A stretch of DNA of 64,000 nt from Octopus sinensis. Taxonomy: Eukaryota. Below are positions 1-13,141 of the stretch, one piece after another; positions within the stretch are counted from its first letter, which is position 1, and the number at the start of each line of letters is the position of its first letter. A program made the translations under genes and the position numbers. The stretch covers positions 91,760,001 to 91,824,000 of the forward strand of contig NC_042998.1 of the NCBI RefSeq assembly GCF_006345805.1, given 5' to 3'. The notes under the pieces were generated by a model. That model saw nothing but the letters and a program-made list of their open reading frames with translations, was not told the DNA's origin and did no database searches.

Positions 1-343
1 ACACTAGATTCCATCATATCATCCAGATGGAAGAAAATTGCCAGAAATTACAAGCCAAAGGAAAAACAGAGTCAGTAGATATTGTTCGGCACTCTATGTG
101 ACAATAGCTCCCACTATTCAGCGATACTCAGAAATTGAAATAAGGCATGCAAAATGATTTGCCATTCTCCATGCAACTTGCAACATGTCTGTGTTTCTAC
201 ACTTATTTCAAATTAATAATTCCTATCATTAACACTGCCAGTGCTAACGATAGGCATTATTAGTTTTGAATAAAACTAAATACAAACGAGAAGACAATTA
301 ATGTAACCATGCTAGTTGTCCCATAAATTAGTTACTGTATGAC

Positions 344-557
344 CATCATCATCATCATCACCGTTTAATGTCCGCTTTCCATGCTAGCATAGGTTGGATG
401 ATTTGACTGAGGACTGGCGAACCAGATGGCTGCACCAGGCTCCAATCTGATCTGGTAGAGTTTCTACAGCTGTATGCCCTTCCTAATGCCAACCACTCTG
501 AGAGTGTAGTGGGTGCTTTTATGTGCCACTGGCGCGAGGGTCAGTCAGGCAGTACTG
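344..557 (-). mobile_element. SINE/LINE 3' tail with (CAT)n end, reverse orientation
   Basis: catcatcat...gtttaatgtccgctttccatgctagcat.ggttggat; repeated many times in the window. Confidence 0.7.
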
Positions 558-1834
558 TTGAATTATAAATAAGAAAGATGAACATGAAAATAAGGAACTT
601 ATGAGAGGATTCAGAATATGTTACTGTAAATCTGATGTAGATAGAATAAATGTAGGAAAGCACTCTTAACATAGAAAATAGGCTCTGATGTTATCAAAAG
701 AGAACAGATAAGAAAGTAATTAAATACAATGGATAAATTGAAAATATTGAACAGCTGAGGATAAGAAGAGCACACAACTGAAAAAGCATTGAAAATACAC
801 AGCATAAAGAGCTTGAAAATAAGATGAAATATGTTTGGTGGATTAAACACTCTGGTAAAATTTCAGCAATATTGAATTAAATGTGAACTGAAGTCAAGTA
901 TAGATTAAAATAATATAACCATAAGAGACTACATGAAATCTTATCAGACTTTCTAAGACGTAGTTAACAGAAATTGAGCAGAAATACCAAGGAATATCTA
1001 ACCACATTATCTCAAGACAGCTCATTTTATCTCCAAAAGAACATACACATAAACATGGCACTATCAAATTAGGATAAGTTACTAAAGATGGTTTGTATTT
1101 ACACAAACTTTGAACTAAAGAGATTATATTCTTGGACTGAACATTCCTCTCTATCCTTTAATATATTAGTTTTATTTCACAAGATCACTTCCAAGAGCTC
1201 AGTTTTGGCATTACTTTTAGTTTCATTTTCCTGTTTCATGAGAAAGAAGGAAAAGATATTGCTTAAATTTGAAGTTCAAATACATTCCAATGAGGCTAAG
1301 CTATTTTAAAATAGCATGGTAAAATAGGAGTAATTGAAACATGACAGCTTTAAAAAGAAAGAGTAAGAATAAGTATTTTAGAGTAGTGAACAGCAAATAT
1401 TATATTCATTTCAAACAAATTATATTCCACTAGCTTTCCATTATAATGAATTATATATTTTCTTTCAAAAACACATTTTGCTGATTAAAATAGTATTTAC
1501 CTTAAATTCTATTAAATTTGCTTTGAAAATAAGAATATTGTTCCAAATATAGCCAATATAAGTGATCTTTTTCAATTTTCATCTTCTCTTTTGCCTCATT
1601 ACAATAAACTTATAATAAAACTTTGAAAAATTATAGGTTCTTCACTCTATTTATAACTTTCATCATACTATATAGGTATATTAAAAAAATTTAGTAAGCA
1701 AAAACAAAATAGATCAATGAATTAACATTTCATATAATTGTATACTATTCAGCTTATTCTCCATTTTAATCTAAATTAACGCTTATCACTTTTCATATAA
1801 TTTATTTCTCCTACTTTTATTTGCCTATTTTCAG

Positions 1835-2140
1835 ATGTGCCATCTCCACCTGTTGGCCCACTGGTTATCTCAAATGTCACCTACAATTCAGCTGATCTTG
1901 AATGGAAACCATCTGAAAATGATGGTGGAACTTCCATTACAGGATATTTGGTTGAATACAGAACAGCTACCAGAACCACATGGTCAAAGGCAGCAACAGT
2001 GGATCCAAAACAGACAACATATACATGCAGCAATTTGATGGAAGGAACAGAATATTACTTCAGAATTATTGCTGTCAATTCTGAAGGATATAGCCATCCT
2101 CTGGAATCAACTGATGTTACAAAACCAATGAGGGATTTGG
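1835..2140 (+). CDS. FN3 exon 1 (class A, 9-mer unit 1)
   Basis: AG/GT, phase 1-1, 306 nt; VPSPPVGPL...KPMRDL. Confidence 0.92.
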
Positions 2141-2883
2141 GTAAGGATTTAAATTATACATAGTTGATGATTCATTCATTAAAATTTTACCCTATCACAA
2201 AACAAATGTGAGATGAGATCTTAGTAAGTCTTATTTGATAAGGATTTAGTGTTTTTCATCAGTGATATATCTCCTTTTGTAAAATTTCACAATGTTGTAC
2301 ATACACTTTGTTTTATATTGCTATCATGGAAGCAATATTTAAATATTGATAATATACAAGATAAAAGTTATATGAGATTTGTATTAGTGATTCAGAATAA
2401 CTTTAAAATATTCATTATTTCTCTCATGATTTGATTTTAAGCACATACACCCACACATACACATGCTAAATTGTATTTAAATAATATAGGCTTCATAGAA
2501 TAGGTGCTGGTATGGCTATGTGGTTAAGAAGTTTACTTCTGGGGATCCTGTTCCACTGTTTGGTATCTCAGTCAGGAGCCCACTGTCCTGTAAGTGACAA
2601 TAGCTCATTTTATCTCCACAAGAACATACGATTATGACACTGTCAAATCAGGATAAGTTACTGAAAATGCTTTGTATTTACCCCAACTTTAAACTAAAGA
2701 GGTTATATTCTTGAACTGAACATTCCTCATCCAATCATGGGGAAATATTATCATGTTTGAAATAAGTGTGAGTTGGCAAAATGCAGAACATCCAGCCATA
2801 GAAAGTCTACCTCAACTAATTCTGTCTTACGCAAGCATCAAAAAGTGAATGTTAAAACAATGATGATGAAATACTTAAATCTA

Positions 2884-3054
2884 GGTGCAGGAGTGGCTGT
2901 GTGGTAAGTAGCTTGCTTACCAACCACATGGTTTCGGGTTCAGTCCCACTGCGTGGCACCTTGGGGAAGTATCTTCTACTATAGCCTCAGGCTGACCAAA
3001 GCCTTGTGAGTGGATTTCATAGACGGAAACTGAAAGAAGCCCGTTGTATATATG

Positions 3055-3085
<31 letters not shown>

Positions 3086-3296
3086 ATATGTTTGTGTGTC
3101 TGTGTTTGTGCCCCCAACATCGCTTGACAACCAATGCTGGTGTGTTTACATCCCCGTAACTTAGCGGTTCAGCAAAAGAAACCAATAGAATAAGTACTAG
3201 GCTTACAAGGAATAAGTCCTGGGGTCGATTTGCTTCACTAAATGTGGTGCTCCAGCATGGCCACTGTCAAATGGCTGAAACAAGTAAAAGAGTAAA
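2884..3296 (+). mobile_element. tRNA-derived SINE (family 1) with internal TA/TG microsatellite
   Basis: Head ggagtggctgtgtggtaagtagc...ggttcagtcccactg has A/B-box-like motifs. Related copies are at 15634(-), 36771(+), 55360(+) and 60064(-). Confidence 0.75.
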
Positions 3297-3410
3297 TGAA
3301 CATTCATTAACAAGCAATATATTCTTTAAAGAATTTGAAAGTATTTTCTTCTATTGATAATTTATTTCTCTCTATTGTATCAATTGCTTAACATTATTAA
3401 CAATATCAAA

Positions 3411-3620
3411 GGCAGCAAGCTGACAAAATTATTAGCATGTCAGGCAAGATGCAGCTCAGCATTTTATCTGTCTTTATGTTCTGGGTTCAAATTCTGCCAA
3501 GGTTTATTTTGCCTTTCATCCCTTTGGGGTCAATAAACTAAGTACCAATGAAATACTGGGGTTGGTGTAATTGACTAGTCCCCTCCTCCAAAATTTCAGG
3601 CCTTGTGCCTTTAGTAGAAC
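3411..3620 (+). mobile_element. SINE (family 2)
   Basis: ggcagcaagctgacaaaattattagca...gggttcaaattctgcc...gcctttcatcc; related copies at 20601(+), 22690(+) and 35470(-). Confidence 0.6.
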
Positions 3621-3883
3621 ATATTAATTAGATCTATCAAAAGATAAAGGAACCCTTGTTTTCAATAGAATTTGAAACCAGCATTGCAAGTTGCAAAAAA
3701 ATCTGTCAATTTGTAATACTCTCATTGATTACGGAGATGAACAAAGACTCTTCTTGGTGGCAGATTACATCTACATTGGCATATATAAATGTACATAGTA
3801 AAGAGTATGAAACATATTTTTAATATCACAACATTTTTATTGTTTTGCTTGCATGGAACTTATATGTATTATTTCATTTCTAG

Positions 3884-4186
3884 CTCTACCAGGACCACCT
3901 GTCAATGTCCGAGCTAGCAGAGTTGGTGAAGACTTTGTTGAACTTGAGTGGAATCAACCAAAATCAGATGGAGGAACACCAATTACTAAATACCATGTTG
4001 AAATATCTCCATATAAATTAGGAAACTGGACTAAGCTGGCAACTGTTGGAGCTTATGATACATTCTGTAAAGCTACGAGACTTGAAGAAGATATGGACTA
4101 CTATTTCTCTGTATGTGCTGAAAATAAAATTGGAAAAGGTGAAGCTACTGAAACATCGAAACCTGTCACCACAAAGAAGGGACTTT
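3884..4186 (+). CDS. FN3 exon 2 (B1)
   Basis: AG/GT, phase 1-1, 303 nt; LPGPPVNVR...TTKKGL. Confidence 0.92.
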
Positions 4187-4331
4187 GTAAGTATTTTCAC
4201 TTGAATATTTGCAGAAAAATAAATTTATACTTGAAATTAGAATATCATGTTTATTTAAATTATAATCTAGTTAAAAGTAGACAGAAGTATTACAAGAAAG
4301 ATGTTTATATAAATTATAAATTTACTTTCAG

Positions 4332-4637
4332 TGGTTCCATCCAAACCAATTGGTCCTCTTACTGTTACCGATGTCCAACGTAAATCTATCAGCATCAAAT
4401 GGAAAGCACCATCTGATGATGGTGGTTCTCCTATAATTGGATACATCATAGAAAAACGTCCCGAGTCTGCTCGATACTGGTCAAAGGCTGATAAAGTTCG
4501 TGCAGACACCACAGATTATTGTGTTAGGGATCTCCAAGAAAGAACTATGTATCACTTCAGAGTAATTGCTGAAAACAAAATTGGAGAGAGTGAACCTTTG
4601 GAAACTAAGGATGCTACAATGGCCAGAAGTCCATTTG
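4332..4637 (+). CDS. FN3 exon 3 (C1)
   Basis: 306 nt, phase 1-1; VPSKPIGPL...ARSPF. Confidence 0.92.
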
Positions 4638-4845
4638 GTAAGTTTAGTCATTATATATTGAATGTATTTCTTGAAAATTTTGCTTTTAATAGTAAAACAA
4701 AATGTTACATTCAAAATAATTGAAATAACAAAAGTATTTTCATTGAAAAGGCAAAATAATGATCCACCTAAATTTCCATTAATATTCATCACTAACCTCA
4801 ATATACTGAGTGTTATATTACATATATTTCCTATTTATTTCTTAG

Positions 4846-5151
4846 ATGTGCCATCTGCACCAATTGGTCCATTGGAGATCACAAATGTCACCAATAACTC
4901 TGCTGACTTGAGCTGGAAACCATCTGCCAATGATGGTGGTACACCAATAACTGGATACATTATTGAACACAGAATAGATTCCAGAACCTTCTGGACTAAA
5001 GCAGGCACTGTTAATGAGAAAACTACCACATTTACAGTACCAAATCTTACAGAAGACACAAGTTACCATTTCCGCGTCTTTGCTGTTAATGCTGAAGGAC
5101 AGAGCAAACCACTTGAATCTACTGATGTCACAAAACCAGTGAGGAAGATTG
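4846..5151 (+). CDS. FN3 exon 4 (D1)
   Basis: 306 nt, phase 1-1; VPSAPIGPL...KPVRKI. Confidence 0.92.
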
Positions 5152-5282
5152 GTGAGTAATAATCTATTTCTCATTAGAATTTTGTCTTCAGATTTTCAAA
5201 ACTTTGTATTTATATGGTAGGATATTAAAGATTATCAGAGAATTTTGTGTATTAAAAATATTTTATTGGAAATGTTTTTCAG

Positions 5283-5588
5283 AACCACCAAGTGCACCAA
5301 TTTACTTCAGAGCTACACAAGTTGGTCCTGACTTTGCAGTCTTGGAATGGAAGAAACCACATTCAGATGGAGGTTCTAAAATCACCAATTACATCATATC
5401 TGAAATGGGTGGTACATCATCTGATGTGAAGACTAAAGTGAAAACTGTATCAGCTTTTGAACATACTTGTCATTTGAGAGACTTGAAACAGAATCTGTCC
5501 TACTACTTCTGTGTTCAAGCTGAGAACAAAGCTGGTCTAAGTCCTTACTGTAATGCAGAATATGCAGTTACACCAATGCGACCTCTTG
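5283..5588 (+). CDS. FN3 exon 5 (E1)
   Basis: 306 nt, phase 1-1; PPSAPIYFR...TPMRPL. Confidence 0.92.
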
Positions 5589-5708
5589 GTAAGATATTTG
5601 ATATCTCTATTTAATTTTTGTTGATAGATCTTAAACTTTCTTGGTATTTGATGTGAGTTTAACTTGAGAGACATTATTCTATCATTGTGTACTGTTTTGT
5701 ATTTTTAG

Positions 5709-6014
5709 AAAAACCATCGAAACCAATTGGTCCTCTGAAAACCTATGATATTGAGAAAACATCTATTTCCATTTCCTGGAAAGCTCCAGAAGATGATGGA
5801 GGTAGTCCTCTCACTGGTTACATTATTGAGAAGAAAGAAGCTAACAGACAATACTGGAACAATGTGGCTAAGGTAGCACCATCAGTGACCAACTACCGTG
5901 TTGAGGATCTGAGACAGAACTGTGAATATGACTTCAGAGTTACTGCAATTAATAAAATTGGTCACAGTGATCCATTAGAGACTGATGCTTCAACAATGGC
6001 CAAGAGCTCATTCA
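5709..6014 (+). CDS. FN3 exon 6 (F1)
   Basis: 306 nt, phase 1-1; KPSKPIGPL...AKSSF. Confidence 0.92.
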
Positions 6015-6388
6015 GTAAGTCAAATATTTTGCTTCTCATTGATAGTCATTTGTTTATATATTCTTTAGTGTTGTTTTCTTTGTTAGCTTCCTGTTATTGA
6101 ATGGTTCTTGTTTAGAAATGAGTATATAATCATTAGAATTTATGACGATATATTAGTTTCTTTTTATTGATAAAAACATTAATTTTTACTAATTATTTAA
6201 CTTAATTTACCAAATGATATACGCATATGGTAAAAGTCTGAGAAGGAATGTTAAAATAATATTTTTTTTATTGATTGAACAGTTCAATATTTTTAATATT
6301 GGGAAAATGAATGTTGTTGTATTTCAGATCCGTATCTTTGAATAAAATTTCAGAGCAACACATAATATTTCTCTTTATTTGTTTTTAG

Positions 6389-6694
6389 GTGTACCATCTC
6401 GTCCTAAAGGGCCCCTTGAAGTTACCAAAGTCTCTTATGACTATGTGGATCTTGAATGGAGAGCTCCTGACAGTGATGGAGGTACTCCAATCACTAAATA
6501 CATTGTTGAAGTAAGATCTGCTGCACGCATGTCTTGGAACAAAGCAGAAGAAATTGATCCAAAATCTACTGTTGCCAGAGTTACAGGTTTAGTCGAGGGT
6601 ACAGAATATTACTTCCGTGTGATTGCTGTCAATGAGGAAGGAGAAAGTCCACCCTTGGAGACATCAGAATCTACGATACCTTCCAGAGAGAAAA
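6389..6694 (+). CDS. FN3 exon 7 (G1)
   Basis: 306 nt, phase 1-1; VPSRPKGPL...IPSREK. Confidence 0.92.
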
Positions 6695-6819
6695 GTAAGT
6701 GAAATATCTCTCTGTATTTTTGCATATTGTGGATTGTTTCCAAATATTATGAGTTATTTAGATGCCTTACATGTTCTGGATAAACTAAATTTTTATGTCT
6801 ACCATTTTTACCTTCATAG

Positions 6820-7122
6820 TGCCTCCTGGAATTCCTATTGCTTTCATGGCTTCAAGAATTGGCAAAGACTATGTCAATCTTCAATGGAGACATCCTAAAG
6901 ATGATGGTGGTTCAGCCATTCTCAAATATATTATTAAAATGAGGAAAGATACAAAATCTGATTGGGTCAAACTGATGACAATTGATGGTAGGGAAACAGC
7001 TTACCGTGTACCTGACTTAACTGAGGGTACTGAATACTACTTCTCAGTTAATGCAGAAAACAAAGTTGGACCTGGAAAGTGTGCTGAACTTCCTGAAGCT
7101 GTTGTTCCAACAAGAGAAGCAA
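6820..7122 (+). CDS. FN3 exon 8 (H1)
   Basis: 303 nt, phase 1-1; PPGIPIAFM...VPTREA. Confidence 0.92.
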
Positions 7123-7301
7123 GTAAGTATCTCAAATGACACCTGTTTACAGATATATTCCATAAAATATTGATTTGAAATAAATAAAAAAAATATTTAT
7201 GAAAATAACTGAAGATACATAAGAATTTAAAGAATTAAATATGTTCATAATTCTAATTTTTTAACAATTTAAAAATATTGTTTGTACCTTGTTTTTTTTA
7301 G

Positions 7302-7607
7302 CTGTACCTTCATGTCCTACTGGTCCTCTTGACATTACTGATGTCCAACGTACTAGCATCAGTATTAAATGGAAGGCACCAAAGGATGATGGCGGTTCAC
7401 CAATTATTGCTTACAATGTTGAGAAGAAGCATGCTAAAGCCCATATATGGAGTAGGGTGGATCAAGTGGATGCTTCAACATATGAAATGTGTGTTAGAGG
7501 CCTTTATGAGAAGAATGAATATCTCTTCAGAGTTATTGCTGTCAACAAGATTGGACAGAGTCCACCTCTTGAGACAGATGGAGCTACTTTAGCTCGTAGT
7601 CCATTTG
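7302..7607 (+). CDS. FN3 exon 9 (I1)
   Basis: 306 nt, phase 1-1; VPSCPTGPL...ARSPF. Confidence 0.92.
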
Positions 7608-8029
7608 GTAAGTTAGTTTTTCTTTTTTTTTATACTATATTCCATAGTTTAATTTGCATATCTTCAAAAGTATAGTTTATCTTTTTGCATACTCTGAGCT
7701 AGCAATCTCCATGTCTCTATATTTCTGATAGTGACAACTGTATTATGACATATTTCAATGAATCTTTAAGCTTTATGAATTTTGCTGGTGATTAATATTT
7801 TAATCATATCCTGAAAATGTTAAACTCTTTAGCTGGCCCAAATAGTAGTCTTTTCATTGATATTTTTGCTTATTCTCTCTTAAAACTCAACTTTTCTGTT
7901 GCACTATCATTGCTATGAAGAAACATGTATTTCGGAATCTAAATTATCTATAAAAAAGACATTGATATTGGGACAAACCTAATTTTTATCATCTTGCTAA
8001 AATAGTTCTCATGTGAGAAAAACAAAGCA

Positions 8030-8072
<43 letters not shown>

Positions 8073-8395
8073 GAAAGTTATTTGATATTATCCCAGTATA
8101 GTAATCATTCATTCAGTAAAAATTAAGATATTCTATTCAACGTCCAGCTTCAAAAGTTGCTGTCATTTCTTTACTAACTAAAGATGAAAGCAATATATTT
8201 TGAAATGTTAAATTGCTTTTATTCAAGTTACACAACTAAGCTATTGTTTTTCTAATTATTTTTATAAATATTAACTTTATACAAATGAATGAAAAAAGAA
8301 CAATTACCTTCACTAGTTTGCAGTTGTTTTGACTATGAAACTGGTCACCCAGAACTGAGTGCCAGTAGGGCAACTTATAGTTTATCACAACCTTA

Positions 8396-8427
<32 letters not shown>

Positions 8428-8535
8428 ACCTGTACATGTGGATACATATTGTATATAAATATATATATGTATAATAAGATATTAATCTGTTTTTCAAATG
8501 ATATTTATATTTGAAATATTCTTTTAATATTTCAG

Positions 8536-8838
8536 ACGTACCATCTGCCCCTGTTGGACCACTTGCTGTGTCAAATATCACCTACAATTCAGCTGATCTT
8601 GAATGGAAACCATCTGAAAAGGATGGTGGAACACCTATAACAGGATATTTGATAGAATACAGAACTGCAACCAGGACAACGTGGTCAAAGGCAGCAGTAG
8701 TAGACTCAAAACAAACAACATATACATGCAGTAATTTGATGGAAGGCACAGAATATTTCTTCAGAATTATCGCTGTGAATGCTGAAGGCCAGAGCCATCC
8801 TCTGGAATCAGATGTTGTCAAACCAATGAGACATTTAG
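8536..8838 (+). CDS. FN3 exon 10 (A2)
   Basis: 303 nt, phase 1-1; VPSAPVGPL...KPMRHL. Confidence 0.92.
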
Positions 8839-9032
8839 GTATGTTCATAAAGATATGGTTATTTCAGTGTGTTAGAAATTTTATTAATGAACATACTATG
8901 TAAGATGTAAAATAAAGATTATATTATATTTATTATTACTGAATTTATGTATTGGTTATTGTTATAATTTTTTTTTAAGATTTGCTTTTCATACTTGTAC
9001 TAATGACAAATTTATTCCAATCTATTTTATAG

Positions 9033-9335
9033 CTGTCCCTGGAGCTCCCATCAATCTTCATGCAACTCGTGTAGGTGAGAACTTTGTTGAACTTGAATGG
9101 AAGGAACCAAAATCTGATGGTGGCACACCAATCACTAAATACCATATTGCAATATCTCCATTTAAACCAGGAAATTGGACTAAATTAGATACAGTTGATT
9201 CTTATGATTTGTATTGTAAAGCTATTAATCTTGATGAAGATATGACATACTACTTCTCAGTAACTGCTGAAAACAAGATTGGAAAAGGTGAAACAACTGA
9301 AATTTCTGAAGGTGTAACAACTAAGAAAGGACTGT
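9033..9335 (+). CDS. FN3 exon 11 (B2; absent from the ORF track)
   Basis: Translated by hand, open, 303 nt, phase 1-1; VPGAPINLH...TTKKGL. Confidence 0.9.
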
Positions 9336-10570
9336 GTAAGTTTAATTACTGACTAATCACTTTCATGCCTGTTTAACTAATAAATTTCTCTATACAGTTA
9401 ATTGTACAGAAAGTAAAGGTAGATGAAATTAAAGTATTAAATATTTTAATTGAATATCTTAAATATGCCAAGTTAATTCAATATATTTATATCAGAATTT
9501 CTCATAATGAAAGTAACAAGTATTTAAGTTGAATGGTTTATATAGAGCATTCTGATATATATTCAACAAAAATTTTTAAAAGTTGTAACAATACAAGTTT
9601 GAAATAAAAGAATGAAAACAAAAATAAAGGTTTACGCTTATCCCTAATATCATGGTATTTTAGCTTTAAAAGACCTTCATCAAGAGAACATACCAACTGA
9701 GCTTAGCTCTGATCAGCCTACACATGTAGAGAGCAAAAGCAGTTGTATTATGTTATGTGCAGATTTGTAATGTTAAATCTGTCAATTAGCATCATACAAT
9801 TCTTGTCTGTTGTTGATGATGGTATTCAGTTATTCAATATGAATGACCTCTTTATTTCTCAGATTTCTAATATTCTGATCTGTGGATTTCCAGGTGTTTT
9901 GTAACAGAGATGGCATTCATATGAATCTATTCTTTAGCACAAAGGTGCAGATTATAAAATCTACTACTTTTATTATATGCTGTGTGGCATATTACATAGG
10001 CCTGCAAAAGGATTTAATCATTGTTGATAGGGCAGTAGTTGCTGTGTGAAGGCTGTTTCACTGATAGACATTTTCTCAGGGAAGGCTCAGAATACTCCAG
10101 CTGCATATTCAGTCCTTCTCTTCAGGTCACCTAGCAGATTGTCTATATTATACATTAAACTCCTTGAAATGTTATTGGTATTCATTTTCAGTTGAGTGAA
10201 ATAAAATAGCATGAAATGAAGTGTCTTGCTCAGAAAAATAATGTTATCTTTCTGAGAACTAAAAGCTTAATGATCATTACCTTAAAACTCAAACCAATAT
10301 GTTACAAACTTTCATATGTATTAGATATCATGAAACAAATGAAAACTTTAATTTTGTTTATTGTGAAATGATAAAATGTATCTCCAACATATAACCTTCA
10401 ATGAAAGTGGAAGTATAATTGTCCTACATAGAAGAATTTTACAACTGCATATATTAAACAGATATTCTAAAATTATGGAAAAATGATTATGCTTTTACTT
10501 TGTTAGATTGATTCATTGCTAAATTATTTCCTATTTAATCTTATATAAAATATAAATCATATATTTTCAG

Positions 10571-10876
10571 TGGTTCCATCCAAACCAATTGGTCCTCTCA
10601 CTGTTACCGATGTCCAGCGTACTGCTATCAGCATCAAATGGAAAGCACCATCAGATGATGGCGGTTCTCCTATTACTGGATACATCATAGAAAAACGCCA
10701 TGAGTCTGCTCGATTCTGGTCAAAGGTTACTAAAGTCCGTGCTGACACCACAGATTGTTGTGTTAGGGATCTCCAAGAAAGAACCATGTATCACTTTAGA
10801 GTGATTGCTGAAAACAAAATTGGAGAGAGTGAACCTTTAGAAACAAAAGAAGCAACAATGGCCAGAAGTCCATTTG
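10571..10876 (+). CDS. FN3 exon 12 (C2)
   Basis: 306 nt, phase 1-1; VPSKPIGPL...ARSPF. Confidence 0.92.
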
Positions 10877-11688
10877 GTAAGTTCAATTATTTCAAAGTGA
10901 ATGTATCATTGAAAATTTGCTTTTAATGGTAACTAAGACAATTTAAACACCATATAAAAAAAATGGCAACATAAAATGTGCAAACCAAGCTCCTTCACTT
11001 TGTTAATTTTACAAATTGAATTTATTAGTCATTATTATTTAGTCCAATTGGGATAAATGGAGTGAGTACTAGCAAAATATTAATATTAATTTACTTGACT
11101 GTAGCACTCTCAAAAAGGTTAGAAATCATTATTATTCATGTTACAGAGGGTGGTGAAAGGTAGAGTCAGTTGATAGTTGAACAAAATGCCTTGAAATATT
11201 CAGTTATGTGTTTTCACATTCTAATTCATTTTATACTTGGGTCAATTAATTTTCAATCTTTCAACATTAACTATTGATGTAGCAACATCTAAATTAAGAA
11301 ATTTCATAAAACACCTAATTTGTAGAATACTTATTGTACTGTGATTATTTCTGGATTCTGTAATTCTGTTATAAAATCTTCCCACTCCACATCAGACAAA
11401 AAGAGAAAAGACTTCAATACATATATCAATATACTCCTGTTTATTTCACAAGGGAGTGTCTTAATCTTTATAAGCAAATGTATGTACGACTTATATGTGA
11501 CAAAAATGTATGTGCAATAAGTGCTAAAATAAAATAACGAATGAAATAAAAATTGGATGTACAAGTGCAATAGCTGTGGCCATTTAGCTTAAATATTTTA
11601 AGAAGCTGCATGAAATGTATCAAAGAATCTAACAACAATAATAGCTTGAAAGATTATTCATTCATCTATGTTTTTAATTATTTCTTAG

Positions 11689-11994
11689 ATGTGCCATCTG
11701 CACCAGTTGGTCCATTGGAGATCACAAATGTCACCAATAATTCTGCTGACTTGAGCTGGAAACCATCTGCCAATGATGGTGGTACACCAATAACTGGATA
11801 CATTATTGAACACAGAATAGATTCCAGAACCTTCTGGACTAAAGCAGGCACTGTTAATGAGAAAACTACCACATTTACAGTACCAAATCTTACAGAAGAC
11901 ACAAGTTACCATTTCCGTGTCTTTGCTGTTAATGCTGAAGGACAGAGCAAACCACTTGAATCTACTGATGTCACAAAACCAGTGAGGAAGATTG
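11689..11994 (+). CDS. FN3 exon 13 (D2)
   Basis: 306 nt, phase 1-1; VPSAPVGPL...KPVRKI. Confidence 0.92.
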
Positions 11995-12126
11995 GTGAGT
12001 AATAATCTATTTCTCATTAGAATTTTGTCTTCAGATTTTCAGAAGCTTTGTATTTATATGGTAGGATATTAAAGATTATCAGAGAATTTTTTGTATTAAA
12101 AATATTTTATTGGAAATGTTTTTCAG

Positions 12127-12432
12127 AGCCACCAAGTGCACCAATTTACTTCAGAGCTACACAGGTTGGTCCTGACTTTGCAATCTTGGAATGGAAGAAA
12201 CCACATTCAGATGGAGGTTCTAAAATCACCAATTACATCATATCTGAAATGGGTGGTACATCATCTGATGTGAAGACTAAAGTGAAAACTGTATCAGCTT
12301 TTGAACACAGTTGTCATTTGAGAGACTTGAAACAGAATCTGTCCTACTACTTCTGTATTCAAGCTGAGAACAAAGTTGGTCTAAGTCCTTACTGTAATTC
12401 AGAATATGCAGTTACACCAATGCGACCTCTTG
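12127..12432 (+). CDS. FN3 exon 14 (E2)
   Basis: 306 nt, phase 1-1; PPSAPIYFR...TPMRPL. Confidence 0.92.
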
Positions 12433-12552
12433 GTAAGACATTCAATATCACTGTGTAATTTTTGTTGATAGATCTTAAACTTTCTTGGTATTTGATGTAA
12501 GTATAACTTGAGAGACATTATTCTATCATTGTGTACTGTTTTGTATTTTTAG

Positions 12553-12858
12553 AAAAACCATCGAAACCAATTGGTCCTCTGAAAACCTATGATATTGAGA
12601 AAACATCTATTTCCATTTCCTGGAAAGCTCCAGAAGATGATGGAGGTAGTCCTCTCACTGGTTACATTATTGAAAAGAAAGAGGCTAATAGACAATACTG
12701 GAGCAATGTGGCTAAGGTAGCACCATCAGTGACCAACCACCGTGTTGAGGATCTGAGACAGAACTGTGAATATGAGTTCAGAGTTACAGCAATCAATAAA
12801 ATTGGTCTTAGTGATCCATTAGAGACCGATGCATCAACAATGGCAAAGAGCTCATTCA
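12553..12858 (+). CDS. FN3 exon 15 (F2)
   Basis: 306 nt, phase 1-1; KPSKPIGPL...AKSSF. Confidence 0.92.
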
Positions 12859-13141
12859 GTAAGTTATATATTTGAATTGTCTCATATAATCAATGTCTTA
12901 AAATTTTTTTGATGTAGTATTAGTTACTAATTATGTAACGTTTTACTTCATAAAAGTTTTTGTGATTACCTTATAATCTTTATAAATTTTATAAGCTTAA
13001 TAAATTTCACTTGGTTTTGAGAAAAAGTTAAATTTCTTATCTTCCTTATTTGAACTGATTTTGTATTTGAAATTTTATGTTTATACATTTGCAAATAAAT
13101 GTATGGAGCGGTACATTTTATTGTTTCTCTGTGTTCTCTAG

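Larger units (their letters stand above)
4840..6015 (+). repeat. Near-identical intragenic duplicate of 11683-12860 (exons D-E-F plus two introns)
   Basis: Exons 4 and 13 differ at 3/306 nt and the introns align almost base for base; offset 6843-6844 bp. Confidence 0.9.
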
